Positions 8,293 through 15,995 of a stretch of DNA of 26,056 bases are shown in pieces. A program made the position numbers and the translations under genes. The notes under the pieces are model-generated. The model made no database searches and was not told the DNA's origin. It worked only from the letters and a program-made list of their open reading frames with translations. Every line of letters begins with the position of its first letter. Within the stretch, counting starts at the first letter, position 1. This stretch comes from a virus (lineage: Duplodnaviria; Caudoviricetes): IMG/VR virus record IMGVR_UViG_3300031922_000037, positions 1 to 26,056 of that record; one strand, written 5' to 3'.

Positions 8293-9018
8293 ATGAATAA
8301 TAATTTGACCGATATTTTGTATAGGGCAAACACCGGTTCCCTGTACGAGAAAAAGCAATTGGATAGCAGTTCAGTGGAAAATGACATTGGTAATGACATA
8401 ACTCCTGAAGACGCTGAGCAACTTCTAATCACCGAGGAAACTGTTAATGCAATCGTCGAATGGGTAGAAACAAACGACCTAGAAGACGAATTTGAAACAT
8501 TGGCTGACCGTCTGTATGCTCTATTTGTTGGTATTTTCGATGCTAACAAGAATGGCGAACTGGATGCCGATGAAGAAGCGGTGCTGGACATGATCCTAAA
8601 CATAGCTTGGGAATACTTTAGCGCAAAAGGGGTTTCAGACGAAGACAGTGACGCATTATTGAACAAATGGGATAACGATGCTGCAAACCGTGTGATTGAT
8701 TTGTTGGCCTCAACCTTGCCTGACGGTGAAGACGATATGGATGCCGACATTGAAAGATTTGTTTGGGGTGACGATCAAGAGCCCATGTTAGATTCTGCGT
8801 CAAACAAAAGACTTAGGAAGTTAGGCGGCACATTTAGAAAGGTCTATGCCATCCGAAATGGCAAAAAGGTTCGCATTAACAAACGAATTGGCGGCAAAGC
8901 GCGTTTGACTGGAAAGCAGAGAATGGCTATCCGTAGGATGCAATCTAAACGCATTAGTGCAGGCTCAAGGCTAAAGCGAATGAGATCAATGCGCCTAAGC
9001 CGACGAATGGCTTTGTAG
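8293..9018 (+). CDS. P1 gp21-like protein, probable prohead core protein (acidic body, very basic tail)
   Basis: Follows the sheath as in P1; C-terminal RKVYAIRNGKKVRINKRI...RLTGKQRMAIRR...RMRSMRLSRR; GAGG RBS. Confidence 0.75.
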   Translation: MNNNLTDILYRANTGSLYEKKQLDSSSVENDIGNDITPEDAEQLLITEETVNAIVEWVETNDLEDEFETLADRLYALFVGIFDANKNGELDADEEAVLDMILNIAWEYFSAKGVSDEDSDALLNKWDNDAANRVIDLLASTLPDGEDDMDADIERFVWGDDQEPMLDSASNKRLRKLGGTFRKVYAIRNGKKVRINKRIGGKARLTGKQRMAIRRMQSKRISAGSRLKRMRSMRLSRRMAL

Positions 9019-9019
9019 A

Positions 9020-9850
9020 GTGGCCGATAAAGGTACTGGGAACGAGCTTTCCTCGCAATGGGGAAAGCTTTCCAACCACCTGGTCGCCACGTTTTACGAA
9101 GTGGACAGACATGGAAATCGGGTTAAAGATGCGAACGGAAATACTATCAATATTACCGTCCGCGCACCTTTGACAGAGTGCAGTTTAGACATTGCTTTAA
9201 ACTGGCAAAGCTCTTTTGAATCCATGTCACCGGAGACCAAAGCCCCCACTTTGTTTGCTATGTTACAATCTGGAGCGGTTCAGCCAGCAATAGACGCACT
9301 AGACCCGGTGAAGTCTGGAAAAATTGTCGGCAGGCTTTTGGGCGGAAATGCTGGCGACCGAACCGCCCAGACCATCGCAGACGTACAAAAAAACGCTGAT
9401 GGTTTGCTAAGAACTTTCGAGGGCAGGACGGGCATAACCAAGTTAAATTCCACGCAAGTGTTTAGCGGAATGCCCCCTATAAAGATACAAGCAACGGCAT
9501 TGTTCAGGGCATGGGCTGACCCTATAAAGGAAGTTGCAGAACCATTTGATCAACTTATGGCGTGGGCATTCCCGGAACAGCTCGCGCCGGAAGGAACAGT
9601 GACCAATTTTATCAAGGCAGCACAAGGTGAAAAATCGCCACTGGAAGCCTTGTTGCCATCCAAAGCTCCAAAACTTATCGCTATGACGTACAAAAAAAGG
9701 GCGTACAAGCCATTTGTTATTGAATTAAGTAGCATTCCGTTGTCATCTTCGGTTGACGCTAACGGGGACTTTGTAGAACTTCTTATACCCATAACGTTGA
9801 CATCGTTAACCGCATGGGACGCCCAAGACTGGGCCAATTCAAAAATGTGA
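9020..9850 (+). CDS. pmgG: PmgG-like baseplate/tail-tube initiator (T4 gp48-like) (276 aa)
   Basis: NWQSSF..., TKLNSTQVFSGMPP, DPIKEV and DANGDF match remembered P1 PmgG motifs; follows gp21 as in P1. Confidence 0.7.
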   Translation: MADKGTGNELSSQWGKLSNHLVATFYEVDRHGNRVKDANGNTINITVRAPLTECSLDIALNWQSSFESMSPETKAPTLFAMLQSGAVQPAIDALDPVKSGKIVGRLLGGNAGDRTAQTIADVQKNADGLLRTFEGRTGITKLNSTQVFSGMPPIKIQATALFRAWADPIKEVAEPFDQLMAWAFPEQLAPEGTVTNFIKAAQGEKSPLEALLPSKAPKLIAMTYKKRAYKPFVIELSSIPLSSSVDANGDFVELLIPITLTSLTAWDAQDWANSKM

Positions 9851-9856
9851 GGATTT

Positions 9857-10630
9857 ATGCCGATACCACAATTTAATGAAATTCGCACACGTCGGCTGAC
9901 GATAGGCTTGCGTGAAATCAGCATAGGCAATGCAATTTTGACTACATCCATCCCATTTAACGAGTACGAGCGCACTACTACGGCTTTCCTCAATGCGGTG
10001 GCGATATGCGATCAGATGCCGGATAACAAAGACTGGACAGTACAAGAACGCATACTTGCGGTATGCCAATACCTTTCTGCTATCAACGGCGAGGAAGAGC
10101 CAGATTTTAAGGTAGGAAGCGGCCATTACTCAGACTATCTTGCCGCTGGCAATGATGTTGGTCTTGATGAAAACAAAGCTTTAAAAACGTATGCCATCGG
10201 CGAAATCGGTGGCGACACATGGAAAATACGCCACCTTACTGGGCGTATGGCTCAATCCATCGAACGATTGCAAGGCGAAGTGAAGCTGTCCGAAGATCAC
10301 CCAATTTTAGGCTACCCACATTGGGAACTTGGTTGCATGGCAGCGCAAATGTTCCTCGAAAAAGAGCCGGATTATCCAGACACGGAAGGCCAGTATGACG
10401 AATGGCTATTACACCGGATGATTGTTTTATTGCAGTTTCCACAAAGTGCATTTACCACCTTGCGCCAAGCATTCCATGACGGGCGCGGGCAGTTGGAACA
10501 TTTGTTTGCGATTGAGCTGTGCGACGATGGCATTGTGGTGATGCCAAGGGGGGCTGGTAGCGCATTGCCACCCGCTCGATTTTGCCTACATCCCTGGTTG
10601 TCAAAAACAACGCAAGGATTGGCAGGATAG
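9857..10630 (+). CDS. PmgB-like tail/baseplate-hub assembly chaperone (257 aa)
   Basis: E.TTTAFL, DWTVQERI, W.IRHLTG..A..IERL motifs; GAGG RBS. Confidence 0.65.
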   Translation: MPIPQFNEIRTRRLTIGLREISIGNAILTTSIPFNEYERTTTAFLNAVAICDQMPDNKDWTVQERILAVCQYLSAINGEEEPDFKVGSGHYSDYLAAGNDVGLDENKALKTYAIGEIGGDTWKIRHLTGRMAQSIERLQGEVKLSEDHPILGYPHWELGCMAAQMFLEKEPDYPDTEGQYDEWLLHRMIVLLQFPQSAFTTLRQAFHDGRGQLEHLFAIELCDDGIVVMPRGAGSALPPARFCLHPWLSKTTQGLAG

Positions 10631-10658
10631 TCTAATAAGTCTGTCACACGGTGCTGTT

Positions 10659-10868
10659 TTGTATGGAAATTGTTCTCTAGCCCATGCAGACGCATTGCCT
10701 CCAAGCAAAGTTAATGATTTTTTTGATGGTGAGATATTCAAAAACCGGCAAAAATCTCAAGACAGCGAAGCAAAAATAAAAATAGCCATGGTAGAGCGTC
10801 TGAACGGGGTAATCATGGCATTGGGTCAAGTGGCAAAAATTTTAGTTAAAATTGGGAAAATTAGATGA
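10659..10868 (+). CDS. Small ORF, probably the frameshift-accessed C-terminal extension of the upstream chaperone
   Basis: Frame is open from 10542 and overlaps the upstream gene by 89 nt; only a TTG start with weak RBS; stop is ATGA-coupled to 10865. Confidence 0.6.
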   Translation: MYGNCSLAHADALPPSKVNDFFDGEIFKNRQKSQDSEAKIKIAMVERLNGVIMALGQVAKILVKIGKIR

Positions 10869-11239
10869 GTGATGATATTTTTGGCAAAATAGCAACGGAT
10901 AACCCAACTGGCACCATCATAGGAAGTTTAATTGTAGCGATTCCTGTTGTCTGGATTTTGATAAAAAAAGCAATCACGTTAAACAAGATCGTCGATGGAC
11001 AAATAGCAGCTGCTGACACGCGAATTTCGTCTGAAAATGCAAGTTCTGACATTTACAAGCGGTTAATGGAAGAGGTAAAAAGGCTAGGCACCCGTGTCGC
11101 TGAATTGGAACGTGAAAAAAACATGCTTCATGAAGAAAACCTTGACCTAAAGATTAAGCTAACTGAACTTGATATAACAATAAAAAGGATGCAGGAAGAA
11201 ATTAACGGGATTGGCCGCAGGAGAGATATTTGTGGTTAA
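10865..11239 (+). CDS. Single-TM coiled-coil membrane protein, holin/antiholin-like (124 aa)
   Basis: TM IIGSLIVAIPVVWILI followed by KK and a long heptad-like charged region. Function is inferred. Confidence 0.5.
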   Translation: MSDDIFGKIATDNPTGTIIGSLIVAIPVVWILIKKAITLNKIVDGQIAAADTRISSENASSDIYKRLMEEVKRLGTRVAELEREKNMLHEENLDLKIKLTELDITIKRMQEEINGIGRRRDICG

Positions 11240-11281
11240 CAATTTATTGCCTCTGGTCAATTGTCATCCGTTGGTGTTTTG

Positions 11282-11662
11282 ATGGCAATTTTTGATGGAG
11301 AAGAGATTTTACTGCCTTACCCGCCATCAATAAATCGCTATTGGCGAAACATCCAGGTTGGCAGCAAAGGCCGTACATTAATCAGCAGGGAAGGGCGAGA
11401 TTACCGGGAAGATGTGTTGCTTCTGTTACGTGGGCGTGACCAACCGATTTTAAATGGCAGGCTGTCCGTCACGATGGGTCTGCACCCACCGGACAAACGC
11501 CGCCGTGACTTGGATAACACCATCAAAGTTCCTTTGGATGCTCTCACACATGCTGGTGTATGGCTGGATGACAGTCAGATAGATGAGATTGTTATCCGCC
11601 GTTTGTCCGTGGTCGAGGGTGGATTGCTGAAGGTCACTCTAGTTGAGCTGCACAACTATTAA
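11282..11662 (+). CDS. rusA: RusA-family Holliday junction resolvase
   Basis: LPYPPSINRYWR, PPDKRRRDLDN..K...DAL..AGVW.DDSQID catalytic motifs. ATG 11282 preferred over TTG 11261. Confidence 0.95.
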   Translation: MAIFDGEEILLPYPPSINRYWRNIQVGSKGRTLISREGRDYREDVLLLLRGRDQPILNGRLSVTMGLHPPDKRRRDLDNTIKVPLDALTHAGVWLDDSQIDEIVIRRLSVVEGGLLKVTLVELHNY

Positions 11663-11681
11663 ATTTTTTAAGCGGATTATT

Positions 11682-11870
11682 ATGATAGAAATCAATAAAC
11701 TGACAGACTCTCAATTAAAAGAGGCCATAAACGATTTGGATATGGGAATCGGTCTAGCATTGCTAGAGTTATTTCAATTACACGAAGAGCAGTCCGAATT
11801 AATATCCGAGGAAAAATCGCGTAGCCGCCATATAAACAGCATTATGCGACTATGCCATACAGGTGAATGA
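11682..11870 (+). CDS. Hypothetical protein (62 aa)
   Basis: ATG 11682 preceded by GGA; helical composition; fills the gap between rusA and the protease gene. Confidence 0.55.
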   Translation: MIEINKLTDSQLKEAINDLDMGIGLALLELFQLHEEQSELISEEKSRSRHINSIMRLCHTGE

Positions 11871-11902
11871 CAGATTCTAACTCATAATTGCTGGAGGGCT
11901 TC

Positions 11903-12730
11903 ATGCCAAGAAGGGCACTGCCAAAGATACGATATTCACTAAAAGAACGTGGCCGCACGTTCGGAATTCCCCGCGACGGTATCAACGTCAAAAGTATTGT
12001 TGACAACATTAACGGGGAAGAATGCCAAGAGCGCGTCAAGTTAGGCGACATGCAGGGTTATTTTGGTCATTGGGCTAGGGTGAAATTTGGATTGCACCCA
12101 ACTGCCGTTGGCATGGTAGATGGGAACCTTCATTACATCACGCCAGATTTAGTGACCACTCACCTTAAGGCATACAGTGACGGAACTGTCGAGCATGTTA
12201 CCGAACTGCTTGACACTACCGGGGGGATTGCTGCGGGTAAGATGTGGGATAATAAAATAGGCGGGTTTTCATCCGCTATCGATTTGAATATAAACAAATT
12301 TTTCGGATTCGATTACCTTCCCGACCCAAACTACATTCAAAATTCTTATCGCGGCGTGGCATTGGATTCTGCCAATATGAGCGTGGAAGAAATTGAATTG
12401 GAAGCTGCCAACGAACTGCACAACGCATTACTGTTAGTCATCAACCAAAAGGACTACGCACTAGACCAGGCTCATGCCGCCTTAGAAAGCACTGTGGCCG
12501 AGAACGAGAGTCTTATGGCATTGGTTAACCAGTTTAAGGCGAAGGAAAGTAAAAATCATAACCCGTTTAGCGTGGTCTTGGATGAGGCTAATCGTTTGCA
12601 ACAAGAAATTGACAGATTTAATAAATTTGACATTGCTAAGTTGCCACAATTCAAATCAATATCAACCCCTTCAGAAATTCAGGCTGAAATTGATTATCAG
12701 AAGACATTACAGCAACATAGGCGGTATTAA
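11903..12730 (+). CDS. pro: Prohead (head-processing) protease, P1 Pro-like
   Basis: QERVKLGDMQGYFGH..R, GGFSSA, FFGFDY..DPNY motifs; GGAGG RBS before ATG 11903; helical C-terminal extension. Confidence 0.85.
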   Translation: MPRRALPKIRYSLKERGRTFGIPRDGINVKSIVDNINGEECQERVKLGDMQGYFGHWARVKFGLHPTAVGMVDGNLHYITPDLVTTHLKAYSDGTVEHVTELLDTTGGIAAGKMWDNKIGGFSSAIDLNINKFFGFDYLPDPNYIQNSYRGVALDSANMSVEEIELEAANELHNALLLVINQKDYALDQAHAALESTVAENESLMALVNQFKAKESKNHNPFSVVLDEANRLQQEIDRFNKFDIAKLPQFKSISTPSEIQAEIDYQKTLQQHRRY

Positions 12731-12732
12731 TC

Positions 12733-13461
12733 ATGTTCGAGCCAATAAAATCCGCCTTTAGTCAGTTTATGGGAAGATATTATCAAAGCTTATCGCCAAC
12801 CACCAAGGCTATGTCTGAATTTGCGTCGCGCGGATTGGGGAAAAGCATTATGGTCGCTCCTACGCGGATGATTGACGTGGCGGAGGATATGTTAGCGGCA
12901 TGGCAACGAAACGATACCGATTCTGCGCCCACACAACCGCCTAAACTGCCTGTAATTATCATTGCATTTGCGCGTGACATGATCCCTACGGGGCGGGATT
13001 TTAACCGTCAAATAGCCGATGCCGAACATATCAGTTTGGAAGGCGACGACAAGCAACGGGTATTTAAAATTCGTACAGTTGCTAGTGACGTTCGGGTACA
13101 AGTTGCTATTTTTGCTCATGAAGAACCCACTGCGCGGGCATTGGCGGCACAATTTGCATTATTTATTGATGCCACTGGAAATCAGCATCTTTATGCCAAA
13201 TTTGATAACCCGCTTGGCATTTCCGAAGATTGGCCAATTATGATTGAGTCGACGGAAACACCGTTCATTGCCGTGCGTACTGAAGCTAAAAATTTGTGCA
13301 TTATTGCCGCCGATTTGACGCTAAAAGTTACTGTGCCGATTTACAGCGCGCCTAATGATGAAAACCCTAATAACGCTCAAAACGGTGTGCCAGGCACATT
13401 TGATCCGTCAGGATACCTAGGGGTTAATGAAGTTGTCATTAATCCAAAAGAGTCGGTCTAG
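12733..13461 (+). CDS. Tail terminator/completion protein, P1 gp24-like (242 aa)
   Basis: KLPVIIIAFARD, VRVQVAIFA.EEPTARALA motifs resemble the P1 gp24/T4 gp15 type. Confidence 0.6.
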   Translation: MFEPIKSAFSQFMGRYYQSLSPTTKAMSEFASRGLGKSIMVAPTRMIDVAEDMLAAWQRNDTDSAPTQPPKLPVIIIAFARDMIPTGRDFNRQIADAEHISLEGDDKQRVFKIRTVASDVRVQVAIFAHEEPTARALAAQFALFIDATGNQHLYAKFDNPLGISEDWPIMIESTETPFIAVRTEAKNLCIIAADLTLKVTVPIYSAPNDENPNNAQNGVPGTFDPSGYLGVNEVVINPKESV

Positions 13462-13970
13462 TGGCAAATATCGTCACTATTCAAACCAGCATATCCGGCT
13501 ATAACGACAAGCCATGTAGCCTGTTTTCGGGCTATGATTTGGATTTGCGTATATTGTCGGTTCAAGTATCAACGCCGCTCAAAGTCGAACGTAGACAAGG
13601 TTGCGTAGTCATTGCCAACCAAAGCAATTTAGACCGTGATTTGATGTTTAAGGAAGATTTGTTGGCAGCCGCATTGCAAAATTACTACGCCATCAAAAAT
13701 GGTGTTGCAACGGACGGAAAAAGCCCACGATTTGTGTTGTCTGAAAAGCTAGGTCGTGCCGACCCCGCGCTTGCAGTGGAAAAAGACGATTTAGATGTGT
13801 CTGGTCAGAAATACAGAATTAACGGCTCGGTGTCGAACCTGCAAATGGCAGTGATTGCAACTTGCTGGTATGCCAATACCAAGTGCGAAACCATTAACAA
13901 CGCCATCCGGCAAGCCCAAAAAATGAACAGCTTTTGGAAGGCCAGCAATGGCGGAATTTATACGTTTTAA
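13461..13970 (+). CDS. Conserved hypothetical protein of P1-like phages (169 aa)
   Basis: TAGTG coupling to the upstream gene; GQKYRIN...QMAVIATCWYA motif. Confidence 0.65.
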   Translation: MANIVTIQTSISGYNDKPCSLFSGYDLDLRILSVQVSTPLKVERRQGCVVIANQSNLDRDLMFKEDLLAAALQNYYAIKNGVATDGKSPRFVLSEKLGRADPALAVEKDDLDVSGQKYRINGSVSNLQMAVIATCWYANTKCETINNAIRQAQKMNSFWKASNGGIYTF

Positions 13971-13976
13971 ATTGCC

Positions 13977-14312
13977 ATGATCGACACAAACACCACAGCG
14001 GCAAAAAATTTTTACAAATCCGTGCGCGACTTTGCAGAATCCATTAAGCCGTGGGACACCGCCAGATGGTATGAAACAAAGCCGGATGAAATCTATGATT
14101 TAACATTAGTGTCATACCGAGTATATGGCAATCGTGACGAAGCATTGGCGGTCATGGCAGCGGCTGGATTAAGCTCGTTTGACCAGCCGTTACCGATGCG
14201 TCGGATGGCTCTGCCAACGTCGGCACAGCTTTATGAAATTAAACGGGAAACTGGCTTTGAATCCATCGCCGAATTGCGAGATGGATTTGCTCCCGTTTGG
14301 ATTGATTACTAA
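13977..14312 (+). CDS. Baseplate protein, P1 gp26-like (LysM-like/T4 gp53 type) (111 aa)
   Basis: DEIYDLTLVSYRVYGNRDEALAVMAAAG...LP....LP motif. Confidence 0.75.
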   Translation: MIDTNTTAAKNFYKSVRDFAESIKPWDTARWYETKPDEIYDLTLVSYRVYGNRDEALAVMAAAGLSSFDQPLPMRRMALPTSAQLYEIKRETGFESIAELRDGFAPVWIDY

Positions 14313-15445
14313 TGGCAGAACTGGAATGGCTAGGCGCGATTACTGGTGCAGCAAGTGAGGCTAAAGATCGTTTGCGGAATGAAAAGGCCAAGCTAAAGGA
14401 AGCCAATGCCCGCGCCGATAGCATAATCCTTAGTCCAAAAGACATACTCTCGGGTGAATGGGATGCCGCTAGGACGCTGGAAACGACCATAGGCGGCAAG
14501 CAGCGGGCAATCACAAATGCCGACTTGGTGGCTTTTAGTAAAAACATCAAAACGGTGCAAGCCAAACATACGTTAAAAGGCATAAAAGCTCAGCAAGTAA
14601 TCGACCTTTCAAAATCCATTGACCGTGAGCGTACATCGAAAATTTATCAATCTGGAGGCAAGGAAATAAAGCCAATCCGACACGCTAGCCCGGTCCAAGC
14701 CAGCGGCGATATTGTCCGATTTGTCACTAACGCGGGCGGGTCGACGCCTGGGGTCAACTGGCATAACGTCGTTGTAGAGTTTGTGCAATTGTCGGAATTG
14801 GCAAGTGCCGCCACCCGTGGTTCAAAAAATATCAGCCCTACCCTGTTTGCTAAAAAAATAACCAAAACGCTGATTAATACGCCGTTGAAATTCTATTGTG
14901 ATTGCGGCAGACACAAATTTTGGTTTTCATACATTGCCACAATTGGAGGTTTTGCAGTAAAACCCCCTTACGGAATGCTTCAGCATGGCTATCCAAAAAT
15001 AACCAACCCACAACTACAAGGGGTTGCTTGTAAGCATGTTATTCGCGTCATGCACGAGATTTTAGTCAGTGGTCAAGTGCAGGGTTATTTATCCAGGCAC
15101 TTGGAAAAAATGCTATTAAATCAAGCTAAAACCGCGCAAACCCGGCAAACCCAAAAAGATGCGGAAATTTTGGCAAAATCGCAAAAAAACCGCAAAGACC
15201 ATGCAGTATTGACATCGGCAGAAAAAAAGGCAGCAGAAGCCGATAAAAAGGCTGAACGCACTAAGAAAGCCATAGCCAAAGCCGCAACGCAAGCCCCAAA
15301 GCCAGAGCGTAAAACACCGGCTTCAAAACTGGTAGAGAAAGCACCAGACCCTCATTCCGCATTACGCGCAATACTGCGCTCAATGGGCGTAGAAAACCCG
15401 ACACAAGAACAGTTAGACGCCATCCGTCTAGCATCACAAAAGTAG
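14312..15445 (+). CDS. P1 gp25-like protein with SWIM-type zinc finger (377 aa)
   Basis: CDCGRH.FW..YIAT.GGFA...YPKITNPQLQGVACKHV. Confidence 0.75.
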   Translation: MAELEWLGAITGAASEAKDRLRNEKAKLKEANARADSIILSPKDILSGEWDAARTLETTIGGKQRAITNADLVAFSKNIKTVQAKHTLKGIKAQQVIDLSKSIDRERTSKIYQSGGKEIKPIRHASPVQASGDIVRFVTNAGGSTPGVNWHNVVVEFVQLSELASAATRGSKNISPTLFAKKITKTLINTPLKFYCDCGRHKFWFSYIATIGGFAVKPPYGMLQHGYPKITNPQLQGVACKHVIRVMHEILVSGQVQGYLSRHLEKMLLNQAKTAQTRQTQKDAEILAKSQKNRKDHAVLTSAEKKAAEADKKAERTKKAIAKAATQAPKPERKTPASKLVEKAPDPHSALRAILRSMGVENPTQEQLDAIRLASQK

Positions 15446-15452
15446 TGAATTT

Positions 15453-15926
15453 ATGCTGACAAATATCCCAAAAGGAATCAATAGAGCGACTAGAAACACT
15501 GTTGTGCGTCATCCTAATTCCTACAATTGCCAGTTGTTTAGGCAAATAGTCAACCGTGTTTCTGATAGCGAAGTCGGTGGCTTGCCAACTATGGGGGGGC
15601 TTGGCGTTTTAAGTTCGGATGATGAAGAGGATATAAGTTGGGATTTTGTTGGCAATGGTTATGCGTTGCAGGTGGGTAATTTTGTCGCTTCGCAAATGAT
15701 GGACAGGCAGGATGCTAATAACGGTTTTGAAGAAGAATTTCGTTTCTTAATCGAGCCGGAAAGCATCGATTCATTCGCGCCAAAAAATAGCGACGTGCTT
15801 TATTTGTTGATCACAGAAACGGTTAAGATAGCATTTGAAATCGTAGCAATCGAAACCACAAGCAACATACCGCCGTTTACTCAGCGGTATGTGTGCAACA
15901 AACGGGCGAATTTAGACATGCCTTAA
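15453..15926 (+). CDS. Probable neck/head-tail connector protein, P1 gp7-like (157 aa)
   Basis: HPNSYNCQLFR N-terminal motif and PKNSDVLYL...AFEIVAI...RYVC beta-barrel pattern of head-closure proteins. Confidence 0.5.
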   Translation: MLTNIPKGINRATRNTVVRHPNSYNCQLFRQIVNRVSDSEVGGLPTMGGLGVLSSDDEEDISWDFVGNGYALQVGNFVASQMMDRQDANNGFEEEFRFLIEPESIDSFAPKNSDVLYLLITETVKIAFEIVAIETTSNIPPFTQRYVCNKRANLDMP

Positions 15927-15965
15927 GGAAACCTCGCCAAATCACAGTAAAACTTGCGCTATGAT
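15926..15965 (+). promoter_or_regulatory. Putative late promoter of the portal-tail-fibre operon
   Basis: AGGAAACCT (15926-15934), 25 nt, TATGAT (15960-15965), in the largest gap within the rightward block. Confidence 0.55.
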
Positions 15966-15995
15966 TGGCTATCATAAAATAGGCACGCCAACCGT

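Noticed and set aside
11809-11888. Third late promoter before the protease gene (AGGAAAAAT, CATAAT)
   Set aside because: The motif is degenerate, lies in coding sequence, and its spacing to CATAAT does not match the other two sites.
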